Below the pieces are notes generated by a model. The model did not search any database. It was given only the letters and a program-made list of their open reading frames with translations, and was not told where the DNA came from. A stretch of 64,000 bases of DNA from Paraspadella gotoi (Eukaryota > Animalia > Chaetognatha): the NCBI GenBank assembly GCA_051294375.1, contig CM119264.1:25854450-25918449 (forward strand), read 5' to 3'. Positions within the stretch are counted from its first letter, which is position 1. Every line of letters begins with the position of its first letter. This document shows positions 24,551-43,922 of the stretch, piece after piece. Position numbers and translations under genes: made by a program.

Positions 24551-25886
24551 TGATCCATGAGGTGATGGGCGACAAATGGATTTTCTTGTCCGGAAATGGC
24601 GACGACCATGAGGACGACCACGAGGCAGCTGCAAAAAATGCAACCTTGTCGCCGTCGCCGTCGTCGCGCGATTGTTGCAGCTGACGATGAAACGGTCGTT
24701 TTAATGGTTGCCTTTGCGGTCGCTGAGTTTTTGTGGCGGAGTCGTTTTCCTCCAAGGCGAAATAAAAAATAAAAAAAAGTGGGCGTCGGGAAAAAAAAAG
24801 GAAATAACAATTTTGAAGGAGAGAAAAAAGAGGAAAGAAAATGTCCGAGTCTTTTTTTTGTTTGTAGTTGACATAAATATCATTGAAGATATCTTTGTAC
24901 TTTAATTTCGTCCCTGATTATATCGTTGATGCGAGAATTGTTTCAACGTCGAATATACAGAGTAAACACAAATTTCATTATCAACTCTATTAATTTAATT
25001 CTTGATGATAATTTTCATGAAATTTGTACAACCAATATAAAAATTATCCATTTATTTAGTAAACAAGCAATCTTGCCCCTGACTTTGGACAGGCTTTGGT
25101 GGTTTAAGGCCTCCATCACTCTTACAAGATAATGACATAGCAGGTCCCTGCAAGCTTTCAATCAAGACTCTCTCACATTCTTGTTTATTCACTCCCAGAA
25201 TACGTGGCTTCCCTATCAATGAAGTGGTATAATGTTTTAAAGAATGTTTCAATTGTATGAAAAGACTACTCCCTCAAGATTTCATTAATCATTAATCATT
25301 TCAGATTAAGTCTTTGCCACGGATTCCATCGTTATTTTTGAGGATTAATTATGCGTCGAAGGGAGACGCAAGAAGGCGTTTTCATCCGAAGTCAGGATCA
25401 CAGTTTTTGTCAACACTAAACACATGTAACTACTAAAGTAGGCAATGAAAAACCGAGTATAACAATTTAAAGCGGAGAAAGAAACCTTCTTATTCCCTAA
25501 ACCTCAATATCATGTCCTTTTGTTTCCTGGTAAAAAAAAAAAAATAAACAGGGGTTTATGATCGAGAGGGATTTGAATCCACCACTGTCGATTCTCCACC
25601 ACTGTCGATTCTCTCAACCTTCTGCCCACTTTCCAGGTCACTATCACCCGCCTATCCATTCAGTATGTCCATCCCCTGCCTTGCCCTGCCCTGTGCCCCA
25701 CCCACCACTGTCAGGCACACGCCCCTCAATCGACATCTAAACTCGTTTTCCTTTCCTCAATCGGTGCATCCGACCGACGCTGCCGCTGCCGCTGCCGCCG
25801 CCCGTAGCCGCCGCCGCCGACGAAGCCAACAACAAATGGATTCTGGCTCGCGGGCGAATCCAGGGATCTCTCATATAATAATATGG

Positions 25887-25970
<84 letters not shown>

Positions 25971-26065
25971 ATGAATTAGAGTCCCGGAGGTTAACAGTTT
26001 ACGATTTTTTTTTCGTCGATACAGAAAGATAAAAAAGAACTCATTATAGAGAAGACGAGAGAGAA

Positions 26066-26097
<32 letters not shown>

Positions 26098-26116
26098 AGA
26101 GACGAGAGAGAGATGA

Positions 26117-26156
<40 letters not shown>

Positions 26157-28315
26157 GGAGGAGTTTTATGAAGGCGGAAGCGCCGAGCGAGAAGGGAGAA
26201 AACAATGAGAGAAAATATCGGGATGGGCGCTCGGAAAATCCCTCCCAACCCTTACTACCCAAACCCCTTCCTCCATCACCCGACGGGCGCGGGGGGGGGA
26301 ACAAGCAGTTGTTTCCTTTTGTGGGCGAAACTAAGGCGCGTTTTTCCCGATTGGCTCATATCTTCTTTCCTCCCCTCGGCCGATCTTCATTAGTTTTTGT
26401 TAAGCTCCGCGGAAAGAAAAAAAAACTCGAAAGTGAAAAGATGTGATTTGGGAATCGAAATTGTTGCTCAGGAATCCATCTTTGTTTTTTACGCTTTTTT
26501 TAGTCGGATCGGTTTATCGCGGATCACGATTTGGTTTGTCGATCTGTCGATCGGTCGGCCGCCCTCGTTACTTTGTTTAAATTATTTTTAAAATTTTTCA
26601 GTCGCTGCCTAAGATATTGGTTCAATGTTACGCCATTTTTTTTATTTTGGTCAAGTGGCACGGCCATCTAAATAGCCGCGAATCAATCTCTCAATTACCA
26701 ACAATTTTTTTTAATATTGGTATATTGGCGAGTAAAGATCAAAGCTTGAATTTTCCCTTGAATTGCAAACATGTAAACAATTTTCCCGGCATAAAATTCC
26801 ATTTCCCCATTCCAATTCTTAGATGAATAACATAGTGGAGCATATACAAGTCATTACAATTTCAGAAAATCGTGTCATACTAAAAATTGTATCCTCCACT
26901 TGGTGGCAGCGTTGGGTCACACCTAATTGGTGAAAGACGATGAGTCGGAGAATGGCAAAAGATGAACATTTTGGCATGGGGACTTTTTGAAGAGACGAGA
27001 AAAAGTCTTTGCAAAACTACATAAAATTGGCGGTTTTTTGGAATGAAATGGGTAATTTTTTACGGTGAAAGTGCGTACATAGTGTGTACGTATAAAGTGT
27101 GTATATAGTGAGTATATCCAATAAAATTCTATTTCTACGATCAGGAGTTATTTATACCGAAAATTTAATTAATTCCACACTAGCAAAGAATTTCAGGGTT
27201 TTTTTTTGTTTATTTAATAAGAACGACCGAATCAAATTGACATCAAAATGGTTCGTTAGTCTTTGCTTAAATATCTGGCCGGACTGTCAGACAAACTGAC
27301 AAAGAGAAGGATAGGAGCGAGAAGCTCAGCTGCTCAGACTCAAGTTCGCGACGATTTTTTTTTGGGTCATTTTTCATCTTTTTTCTTTAAAGTCTCGAAC
27401 GTCGGCGGAACTGGGAGACATCGCCGCTCGCTGTTTACACGTAGCTGGGTTACGACGTCGTAACGCCCGCAGGCCACCGGATCGCGCGACGGGGGAATTA
27501 AGCAATTAAAAGCCACGAGTGATAGGATTAATGTCTTAAATCTAATGAGGTTCCTGGGGCGAGAAAGGCCAGAGAGAGAGAGAGAGAGAGAGAGAGACGA
27601 TCTCGTAAACAAGGCAGAGCTAGATTTTTTTTCCTCTCTTCGTTTTGACTCGTGCTTTTTCTATCTTCCCAAAATAGTTCTCCTTAGTTTTCTGCTTCGA
27701 TCTTTCGCTTCGCCTCATTTTTCGGATTTAAACCGATTTTGTCTTCTTTTCGTTTTTCTTGTTTTCTGTTGATTTTTTTTTTTCTTCTGTCTTTCATTTG
27801 GTTTTTTCTGTCTGTTTAATTAGTTTTTTTTTTCAAGCTTATTATTACTACTATTTTATCTGTTTAAACTTCTTTTTTCTTATTTCTTTCATTTTCTTTT
27901 TCTCCTATTTTTTTTCTTTCTTTTTTTGCGCTTAACTTTCTTTCCGCTTCGTGGAGTTTCGATCTTGCCTTTTCTAATCCTCAAGATGTTGCTTGTCGTG
28001 ACTTAGATTTTTGTGGCGTGGCTTTTTGTGGCGTTGTATGTGGTGACGTAAATAAAATGAAACAAAGGAGACGGCGAGTGAGAGTAAGAGTAAGAGTTTT
28101 CATAAAACTTTCAAGGTGATAATGTCATGTGATAAGATGATAAAAGGTAAGTAAATCAGCCTGTCATCCTCCCCTATGAATGTCATCTTGTCAAATATTC
28201 TCTCTCTTTTTTTATTCATCCATTTATTCTCCTCGCGCTTTAAATAGGAGAAGTCGCCCGACGGTTTTCGCGGTCAGAGTCTATCTCCTCCTCACGTCCG
28301 ACTCGAAATTCAAAG

Positions 28316-28358
<43 letters not shown>

Positions 28359-28697
28359 TCTTCTCTCTCTCTTTTCTCTCTGTGACGGTCTCCTTCAATA
28401 TCTCTTCTTCTTTTATATCGGCTCGCCAAGGAGAGTAAAGAAAAAAAAAAAACGCATCTTGCGATAAATATTGTAAACGGAAAGAAGATAATCTCTTCTC
28501 TCTCTCTCTCTCCCTTTTTCTTTCTCTCTATTTCAGTCTCTCGTTTCTCCCTTCTCTTGCTCCCATCTTCATCCTTCCATCTCCATGTACTATCTCTGTC
28601 TCTCTCGAATAAATCCTGCGCCATATTGAATCCAGCCGCATTATTTTTCCCATTCAGAGCAAAAGAGAAAAAAAGATCCTTTTTCTTTTTTTGCTTT

Positions 28698-28780
<83 letters not shown>

Positions 28781-29541
28781 TTTCTCTATACATCTGTCTT
28801 GTAGACGAGGAAACCAAGTTGTTGAATGCAAGAGGCGGATCTAATTACTACGTATTAAAAAATAAAACGGTAAATACATTTTTGAAAGTATATTAACGTT
28901 TGTTTAGTCCACGTATAAAAAAATTCACATAATAAAAAATGTAACCGGATTTTTATTGGGTAGAGCCGAATTTTTTTGAGGTTTTTGTTATTGTTTTCTT
29001 TTTGTTCTGTTGTTTCTTCTGTCAAATAACGGAAATTAGAACAACAACACTAAAATGAACTTTTAAATCAAGAAAATCTGGTGTATTCTACCACAATGAC
29101 GGCTAATTTCAGACAACGACAACTTCGTTGCAATAAATATGTAAATCAATAAAATAAATGACTCTTAACCGAACAAAAGATCAGCGCTTTTACGAAGACG
29201 TTGCGTCGAGAACTTCTGGTTGTGAAAAAAAAAGGGGGAAAAAAAAAGATGTGACTTGTGATTGAAGGATGTGACCATAAAAGAAGTGACCGAGGCCGTT
29301 GGTCATTTACTCCTCCTCCGCCCATCCTTTACTTATCTTCTTTTTCTTCTCTCTCCCTTCCTCCTCCCCTCCCTTCCACCTCTCCTCTCTTCTTCTCCGC
29401 CTCGGTCTCGCGACGGTCATCATCATCATCATCCTCGGATGACCGCACCAAAGTTCAATCGACCTTCAACCATTACACAAATGGAATATCACCGTCGGGA
29501 TGGAAACTATCAACGTTGATAGTGAGAGTCCGTCATGAGAG

Positions 29542-29606
<65 letters not shown>

Positions 29607-30266
29607 AAGCGGAAAACGGTACGAGAACGAGAAATAAAAAATGATAAAAGTGGCCAAAACGAATACTCAAAAGGAAAAAAAAAATATTTATGATTATTAA
29701 GGTAAAAAATTTTAAAAAATTAAAAAAGCTCGAGAGACGACGAAAGAAAGAAAGAAAGAAAGAAAGAAAGAAATAAAAAAAAAGAATGAAAGAAATAAAT
29801 AAAATAGAAACATTGAAAGAAAGAATAATAAAAGAAACAAAGAAATAAAGAAACAATTAAATAAAAAAATTAAATTTTTTTCCCCTTTTTTTGGCAAAAA
29901 AACCTATCTTTAAATTTGAGACGGCGCGGATGGCGCAGGAGAGTCTGCTCCGTAATCTACTTATTTTGTTTATTTTTCTCATCTCAAAAACCCATTTTTT
30001 CCTCACGTTGTTATCTTCGCCACCAGATGTCCTTAGGCTAATCTCGTGGCTGATCTGAGGAGACGCATTAGATAAATCTTCATTTCTTGTTAGAATCTAA
30101 GAACTTTTGGATTTGGTTTTTAAATTTAACTGTAAATAAGAGAGACTAACAATTTGACACAAATTCATACAAGTTAGTTCTTTCTTACTTTATTTTTTTT
30201 ACTTTTTTTTTATTTATTTCTTTAATTCTGTTTTAATTTTTAATTTCTTCATTCATTTTTTCTTTT

Positions 30267-30357
<91 letters not shown>

Positions 30358-30771
30358 ATTTTTCTTTCTTCTTCCATTACTTTCTTTCCGCTTTTATGCG
30401 ATTTTATTCGAATACAACGAGGTTGATTCAGTACAATCATCATCAACAAACAAACAAACAATTTTATTTTTTATTTTCTCTCTTCTCTCCTCCACAACGC
30501 CGCCCTCTTTCATTTTCTTTTGATTGATGCGAATTTATGAATTAATGTACAGAAAGTCAATAAATTCCCTTATAAAATCCGAAGCCTTGGGCGTTTTTCT
30601 TTTCCAGGATTCACGATTTTCTAGTGATTCTTTTCCTCCTCAATCTCACTGTTTCACTCTCTCACCTTCTTTTCTTCCTTACTCACTTTTCCTGTGAACT
30701 AAAAGTGATTCATTTCATTTCTTTTCTTTTCATTTCGTCCGCCCATATTTTTTTCCTATTCCCGGGTGATT

Positions 30772-30820
<49 letters not shown>

Positions 30821-31263
30821 TCTTCTTCCTCGTTATTCTTCTTTTCTTCTTTCTTTCTTCCATCGCTTCGTTGAAAACTAAATTTTTACGACTTTTTCTC
30901 GTCTCGTTGTTCGGGGCGTTTTTGCCAAGACGGAACCACCTGCCTATACTTAGTTCAATGCACCTGTTCCGATGGGTTCTGAGGTAAGTGATTAGTTAAG
31001 TCGTTTTAATTCCGTACAATGTAAGACAGTCAGTCTGCTACAAGATTTTATCCCGTTTTCTGATTAGTTCGTCCTTAAAAGAAATAGAATAGTCATCATC
31101 ATCAATTATTACGTAATTAAGAAATTTTGGGATGAATTACTTCTACTTCAATTACGTAAGATTGGACGAATTACGCGAGAACAAGTATCATAAAACTATC
31201 GAATCCTTTTTAAATTTTACTATATACTTCTTGTATTGTATTCCAAATTCTGGTCAACCTAGG

Positions 31264-31298
<35 letters not shown>

Positions 31299-33571
31299 NN
31301 NNNNNNNNNNNNNNNNNNNNNNNNNNNNNNNNNNNNNNNNNNNNNNNNNNNNNNNNNNNNNNNNNNNNNNNNNNNNNNNNNNNNNNNNNNNNNNNNNNNN
31401 NNNNNNNNNNNNNNNNNNNNNNNNNNNNNNNNNNNNNNNNNNNNNNNNNNNNNNNNNNNNNNNNNNNNNNNNNNNNNNNNNNNNNTGCCATTTCCCGCTG
31501 GAATTTGACTGTCCCTCTCGAAGAACCTTGAGTGTAACCCCGACAACGACCAAAAAGAAAAAGAGTACGAAGAGGAGGAAGAGGAGGAGGAGGAGGAGGA
31601 GGTGAAGCGATTATGACGTTTGGCTGGCGCCGTGGAAACGACAGCGCTGCTCACTGCTGCTGTGACAGGCATCGCGGTGAGACGCAAAGTTGTGAAGGCT
31701 GTTTCGAATAACTATTAGCCAGGAGAATTGGATAATCTTTTCTTGTTTAGAACAAATATGTATTCTGTATGTATGAGCACGAAATAATTTAATTTGATTT
31801 GGAAACCATAATTTTAAATAATTAATTTTAATCATTAAAATTTTTTAAATCCTTCATGCGCCATATTTCCATTTCCCGATTTTCGATTCCCTTTTTTTTT
31901 TCTTAACCATTCCGCGCCATCTTCTCGTTGGAATATTGATTCTCCAGATAAGCATTTGGCTCTTCAGCTGCCAAGCGAACCGAATCTTTTGGTGAAACGA
32001 GAGAGAAAGACAGAGAAAGACAGAGAGAGAGAGAGAGAGANNNNNNNNNNNNNNNNNNNNNNNNNNNNNNNNNNNNNNNNNNNNNNNNNNNNNNNNNNNN
32101 NNNNNNNNNNNNNNNNNNNNNNNNNNNNNNNNNNNNNNNNNNNNNNNNNNNNNNNNNNNNNNNNNNNNNNNNNNNNNNNNNNNNNNNNNNNNNNNNNNNN
32201 NNNNNNNNNNNNNNNNNNNNNNNNNNNNNNNNNNNNNNNNNNNNNNNNNNNNNNNNNNNNNNNNNNAAGAGAGAGAAAATTTTTTATAAAAGTTTTTTTT
32301 TCGTGATTTTTTCCTTATTCTTTCAGTGATTGGTGAAATTTTTTGTATCTTTTTCTCATTTTTACGCCTATTTTTAGAAATTCGTTAATTAATTCACTAA
32401 TTACTTATCAGGAATAATATATTAGATATTCATATATTTTCTCAGTGTCTTTGTATTTTTCTAGATTTCAATATCCTTTGAATCGTTTGAATTTTTTCGA
32501 AGCACTTTTGAACAATTTTATCCTATTCTTTCCTCACTTTAATTGACTTCGGCTCTCATTTTCCTTTTAATTTTTAAATTTCCGTCTCATCTTTTCCCCT
32601 TTTCCTTTTTACACTTTTCTATTTTCTTCCGTTTTCCTTCCTTTCTTTAAAGCTAATTCTTTTCTCCCTTCCTCTTCTCTCCTTCATCTCCCTCCTACTC
32701 CTTTCCTTTTTTAATCCTTTCCTCCCTTTCCTTTCCTCCACTTTTTTTTCTTTTTCTCGCTCGGAGCGCAAAAAAAAAAGCGAGTGAACCGTCGACCACA
32801 AATTTGATTTATTGCTACGAAGCAGCGCGACTCTGACTTACCCGCCAACCCTTACCCTTTCCTTTTACCGCCATTTACCCTAACCGTAACTCTTGCTTAA
32901 CCGTCCCTAACCCTATCGCTTACCCTGCTTTGTACACTCCTCACAAACAAGGGCTCAACTCACCTTACCCCGTTTTTCAGTGAGCCTCGTAACTTACTTC
33001 ACCTTCCTCAAATTCTTACTTCCTTTTCAAAGTCACGCTTCATCATTTTTTCCTACCTTTTTTTTCCCTCTTTTTTATCTTTTTTTCTTCTCATATTTTT
33101 TTCTTTCGATCTTTTTCCATATTTTTTTAATGATATTTTTGACTCAAAAACTTCAGGATCCGTGGAAATTTTTCATTAATAAAAAAAGGATTTTTTTCGA
33201 GTTTCGCTATTAATTTGGTTTAAACTGTGAACTTCCGGCTTTGATTTTTATCTCTACACACTCCATGCCGCAGAACATCTATTATTGAATTCTAATTGAA
33301 TAATAAATTTTTTTTTTCAATATCTTACATTCCATTTCCCTATTTTTGTTTTCAACATTCGAATCCATTTCGTCCCAGATCCTCTACTCATTTTACCGAA
33401 TTTTATTCTTCGATGTCTTTCAAAAAAAAAAGAAAAAAAAAGAAAAAGATTTATCTTAATTTTTAGGAACATAGATCTCCGTTTATTTTTGAATTCAAAA
33501 CCGCGAAAAATGTTTCATGAAAAAATCATAAAAGTTTTTTTTAAAAAAATGTAGAACCCGATCTGTCATTT

Positions 33572-33687
<116 letters not shown>

Positions 33688-33978
33688 TTTTTTTCGTTTT
33701 CAAAATGAGGAAGGAAGGAAACAGAAAATATATCAACAAATTGAGGCGACTTATTATATCAACAAATACGAATAAAACCGTCGACAAAACAAGAAAAAAA
33801 TAAGAGGAAAAAACCCGTTAAATAAAACAAAACGTAGTAATGAAATCGATTCAGCCAGTGAGGGATGGAAAGATGGAGAGAGAGAGATGGGGACCGCTTT
33901 ATGGTGGCCATTTTACGAGAGCTATAAGTCTCTTTTAAGCGGAGAGGAGCAAGTCGGGAAGAAGAACAATAGGGACAC

Positions 33979-34104
<126 letters not shown>

Positions 34105-34328
34105 AGGACAGACAGACAGACTTTCTGTTTATGCCGACCATGACTGTCCTCACAAGTAACATTGACGCGAGTGAGACTCGGAGTCCGAAGGAAAAAAATT
34201 AAACTCACCCAAGGATTCCCCGCGCTTTTGAAACGAGGTCGTTGTTGTTGTTGTGTTTTTTGTCGTTTGTTGTTGTAGTGTGTCGATGTGGTCGTCATCG
34301 TTGTTGCAAGGACGCATTGGTGCGCGTG

Positions 34329-34401
<73 letters not shown>

Positions 34402-34491
34402 AAGGCAGATAAGATGGAGTTTTTCTATGAAGAAAAAATAATGCGACTGAATATTGAATAAAAGAAAAACGACGTTGCAGTCGGTGTTCAT

Positions 34492-34554
<63 letters not shown>

Positions 34555-35584
34555 CTCTCCTCTCTCTTCTCTCTCTCTCTCTCCGGGTAGACCCAGGAAA
34601 TCCCTCTTTTGATGTCGCCGAAGGTCGTAATGAAAGTTCCTTCATCCTGCGTCCAGGGACTTAAAGGGAATTGGGATATGAGGAAATGGGGACACAGAAA
34701 GAGACAGAGGGAGACAGAAACAGAGCGACAGTTGGAGACAGAGACAGACAGAGACAGAGAGAGAGAGAGAAATAGTTTTCTTAATAAATGTTACGAAGAA
34801 ATAAGAATATTAACTTGAGTTGATTTTGTTTTTTATAAATTTTTAATCATTACCTGAAAGTTAATCTTGCGTTTTACAAGTAGGAGTATTTTCGACTGTT
34901 TACGTATAAATTATAATCAGAAAATTACTGTTGAAAATTAAAATCATACGTACTATAACTTTATCACAATGCCCCAGTTACTTTTAAAATATGAATCCGG
35001 TTTTCTACTCGCTTTAATTAAACATTCATTCGTCTCTATATTAATTCTTCCCACAGGATCATGATTACCAGACCTCCTGCTTACCATAAGATATTAAAAA
35101 AAGATTCATTTGCATATTTATATTTTTTAGTTTAAAATTTTTTTTCTCGTCGGCTTCAGCTTCGAACCAAATTCGTTTGAGTGAAAGAACAAAAATTGGA
35201 TCTACGTATGTATGTACAAACTTTTTGCTTTTCGGAACGTAAAAGTTTTTAACTTTTTAAATGAAATAAACTTTTTCCATTTTGAGGACCGAGAGTCGTT
35301 CTCTTTTTCTTGCAGATTTTCTTTTTGACATGATCTCTCAGACAATTTTTTGGCTCTTTTCAGCCCGGACTAACTACTTTTGCCCCTGAAAAAGGGCCTA
35401 ATCTTTGTATTTCATCTTCGCATCTTTGCTTTTCCGCTTCGCATCTTTGCTTTTCTGATTTGCATCTTTGCTTTTCTGCTCCATGACCGAATATTTCCTC
35501 CTCTTAACTCAAAACAACTAAGACGAGGAGAAAACTCGTTGGACCCAAAATCCTGAAAATCTTAGATCGCGTTTTCTCTTCCAG

Positions 35585-35820
35585 TCGCCTGAACTCGCCG
35601 GCCTTTCCCTGCCTTCGCCTGACTTCCTTTGCCTTCGTCTGACTTCCCCTGCCTTCGACTGTTTTCGACTGCCTTTCCCTGCCACCGCCTGCCCTCCGCT
35701 ACCTTCGCCTGGCTTTGCCTGTCATCTCTTCGCCTGCCTTCTCATCGCCTGCCTTTGTCTGTCTTGACTAAGCCTGCCTTATTTTCGTCTACCTTAGCCT
35801 GTCTTCTACTGCCTTAGTCT
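35585..35820. repeat. Degenerate ~10/20-bp pyrimidine-rich minisatellite (GCCTTCGCCTGACTTCCCCT-like)
   Basis: Recurring GCCTTCGCCT/GACTTCCC variants. Confidence 0.7.
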
Positions 35821-36606
35821 TCCTTTTTTTGGAATTCCTATATCTTTATACTTGAGTCTAACATTAGACTTTTCTTTCAAGTACGTACATACGAACAGCA
35901 ATTGGACATTTACGATGGATCGTCTCTCCGGTCGATTTCTGGAAAGCTATTTTTGGTCTCCTCGGCAACACGCGCCTTCCGGCTGATCCAAACAGCTGCT
36001 TCCTCAAAAGATTAGACTATCTTTGTCACTGTGAATCTTCTTAGTATTCTACCAGTCTCTACCTTTCACCCTGTAACCGCCCACTTCGGCCACACAATCA
36101 CCTCCCTTCACCCACCTAATTCTACAGACCACTTGGACCAAGACGCCGATAAAACGCGGAGTTTCCGTCGAATTGACTTCGATGAGAATTCCATTCGACC
36201 TTCGAAGGACCAAAATGACGACGACGACGACGAAGACGACGACGACGACGACGAATATCACGGTCACCAATTGGATTAATTAACTGCAAATGCGAATGAC
36301 TCTTTGTATGTAGGGTTTTAATCTGTCGGTATCTAGCAAGAAAGACTGCAAAAAATGTTTTAGTGTGATTGCCGTTTGAGTATTATACGCTAAATACAAG
36401 TTGCAAATGTTAATTATAAACAAAAAATCATAAGATAGTTTCGATATGAATCTTCACAAAGCTCTCCCGGTCTCAGACTCTCAGTCTCGTCGAGGTGATG
36501 AGATTAGTCAGTCTGCAGGGTTTCCAATAAAATTGAATAAAGTTTAAAGTGGTATTACGTACATGAATTGAAAATTTATGGTATAACGTTAATTTCGTTT
36601 TCGTCT

Positions 36607-36641
<35 letters not shown>

Positions 36642-37677
36642 TTCGTCGTCGTCGACAGCGTCAACCACTTGTGCGCGATTGACTCCGACCACTTAACCAT
36701 CCTTCAATCGCCCCCTCTCCCGCTGATGCCTAATCCTCCCCTTCCTCGGCTTCCTCCATTATGCATATCACTATATCCCTCACGTCGACAACGCCCCCTT
36801 CGCTCCCACGCCCCTACTCCCCCCTCCACGCCCCCCCCGCTAGCAGCCTCTTCTTTCCACGTCCGTTAAATTTCTCGATCTCCTCTTCTCCGCCGGAGGA
36901 CGAACGACTTCCACTTTCATCGCGTCGCGACCTTCGTCCCCCGCGTTGGCGACGCCGCGCATGCGCGTACCGCCCCCTCCCTCTCCTTTTTCCCTTCCAG
37001 GAGGGCGGCCGGTCGACGACGACCTAATTTGCATATTGTCAAAGACTCAAAAGGCCTGTCGCTCTGTGTGATGAGACAATCTTTCGCGGCCCGTCGATCG
37101 CGAGGAAAACGAGGAAATGAGAAGAGAGAGAGAGAGAGAATAAAAAAAAGTTGGACGAATGAATTTGGAATTTAAGTTTATGATATTGAGGGTTTTTGTA
37201 ATTGGATTACATCGAGTTTAAAATACTTTTATCCCCGTTTACGTACTTAGTTAATAAAGAACTTTTAACATTTTCTTAAAGCCAAAAGTCGGTTCAAAGA
37301 TTGCCACACTTGATCAGTCTTGAAAATTTAAAGTGTAACATAATGATCATCGTTTTAATGTTACGTGATTAATTCAGATCTTCCACTCTGACTTTCACTT
37401 ATGTCCTTTTCGTGCTTCATCTACATAGAAAGTCAATCATCAAAAAAGAGCAGAAACATTTATCACTAAATAGCATCAAAGGAACCAGAGTGAGATATCA
37501 CTCTACAAAAGTCAAAATCATTCTTCAGTAAGATGGCAATATCATACAAGACAAGATAATATCATACGATACCTTCTGAGGTTTCGTTTATCTTCACTTT
37601 GCTGTTTTGTTTTATTTAGGAAATGGGAATGAACCCTTGTCGTCCCAACCACAACAACGACTGGATCTCTGTCATCT

Positions 37678-37734
<57 letters not shown>

Positions 37735-37870
37735 TCGGCCCGAATCAGAAGAAAGAAGAAAAAAGTCTTCAATTTTGAAGCCCCATTCATCTTGGCATCC
37801 AATCAATTTGCTCGTCAGCGTCTCACGGGGTTTCCAGGGGCAAAAGCGGTTTTGAGAGAGAGAAATATAG

Positions 37871-37930
<60 letters not shown>

Positions 37931-38035
37931 AAGAGAGAGAGTGGTGTAGGGAAAGAAAGTGTAGATTAAGGAGTAAGAGAGAGTGAAAGAAATAGAAAGA
38001 GAGAGAGAGAGAGGGAGACACACACACACACAGAG

Positions 38036-41937
<3,902 letters not shown>

Positions 41938-43120
41938 AACCATTTTAGTTCATCTTTCTGACTAGGCCAGTCATTTTTTGCGTATTTCTGTATTTTCATC
42001 ATTTTTCCCCCTCTTTGGTGATTCTATTTTTCTTCCCGAGCAGTATATTTTCATATATTACTATAAACTTAGTTACTTTTTCATGCGTTTACCTTTTCTC
42101 AAACAAAAAATAAGAATATAAAGAATCCCACAGTCTGAAACTTCAACGGACGATCGTCATTTTCTTTGTTGCAGTCCGCCCAAAAACAATTACGCTTTTT
42201 ATTCAATTTCTTTTCTTTTTTCTCAGTAAAGAAGATATCTGGAAAATTAATAAATCTTATTCATTCATAACCAGCTTTTAATGAAAAGTGCTAAAGGACA
42301 ATAAACGACGCATAAAGATAGAAAGAAATAAAATAGATAACTTTTTGTTGTTTATTCCAATTTCAGAGAAAAAATGTAAATAAAAAAATTACCAACTGTC
42401 CTGATTAATCTCTTTCACAAGATGAAAAAGACCAGGTTTCTCCCACCACCGGCGCTTAAAGACTAAGCTACTACAATAAAAAAAAAAATTAATTTTAAAA
42501 AAGTAAGAAACTAAGAAATGATTGTTCTTTTGTTTTTCTTTTTAATTCTCCCTCCGCACCGCTTGAAAACTTTTTTCCCCTTTGTTTCTGATCTGCACGC
42601 TTTCGCCGTCTTATTTTCCCTTTTCCCTTTTCGAGAGCTCTTTCTCCCCCCCCCCTTATCGCCTTCCTATCTTTTTTTCTCCTATCTATATAACATCTTC
42701 CTTTCTTCGCTCTTAAACTCTTTTCCTTCTTTTTTATCTCTTCGTCTCTTTCTTTTCCTTTGTCACTACGGCCGTTTAAAGGCAATAACGTTTCGCTCTT
42801 TCAGTTTTTTTGTTTCGCTTTCTTTTTTTACTCTTTGTTCTTTTGAGTTTTTCTCTGTCGTAGTGAGAGGCCATATATACAATTGGTTTTTTTTTTTCTC
42901 GACTTATTTTCGGTCAACCGTTACACATTGCCTCTACGTATTTTAACTGCCATATTTTTTAATCATATTATTTTGGTACAGCTATTCATGTTATGTGAAC
43001 AATGGATTAAAAATGTCTATTTGCAATCAGCCTGCTCGTCCAACTTGACGCTCGGCTGACCAATGGTCAGTGACCATAACCAAGAGGAGCCGACTGGAGC
43101 TGTTTGTCCCTATCTCTCAC

Positions 43121-43177
<57 letters not shown>

Positions 43178-43686
43178 GCGCCTCCATCCTCCAATTCAAT
43201 TCAACGCACGGTTTAAGCTTTTCACAGTTAATCTGTGACATCTCCTTTCTTCGCCCATTAGATCTCTGCCATATATATTGGCAATGTCCTGTTGATCCTT
43301 GACATTTTCTCAGCTCTTTTTCTATTGATTCCTTCCATTAGTCGACTTTTTTCCTGTTTGTCAGCCGAATTTTCCTCTTTTTTTTTGGTTTCTTTTAAGG
43401 TTTTGCCCGCTTTTTTCCTGCTCTTCAGACATTACCATCTTTTCATTCTTTATTCTCCTGCGTCGATTCTCTCTACCCTATACTCTCTTTTCTCTCTTTT
43501 TGCTCACTTCTCTTCTCTTTACTCCCTCTCTCTCTTTATTCCCCTCTCTCTCTCTGTCACCCCTCTCCTTCTCCTTTCCCCCCTCCATCCGTCGTTTCCT
43601 CGACATTTCTCGCCGTTGGCTTTTAATCCTGGACGAGTTGACCCCTGGTGGAGAAACCAGCGCGGCCCCCGAAAGCAGTAAGGGAA

Positions 43687-43731
<45 letters not shown>

Positions 43732-43864
43732 AGAGAGAGAGAGAGAGAGACGGTAATGGAAAGCAAGAGGGGGAGAGAGGGCAAAAGCATAGCAAGAAAA
43801 AATGCTACGAAATTGCTTCCACGCCATTCAATTGTCAGTCGAAAATGGCGCTCGGACAAAGGGT

Positions 43865-43922
<58 letters not shown>

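Noticed and set aside
31613-31677. Short Cys-containing exon candidate ending CG|GTGAGA, and isolated strong donors at ~28147, 30984, 44868
   Set aside because: Could not be joined into any coherent reading frame; may be non-coding exons but unsupported.
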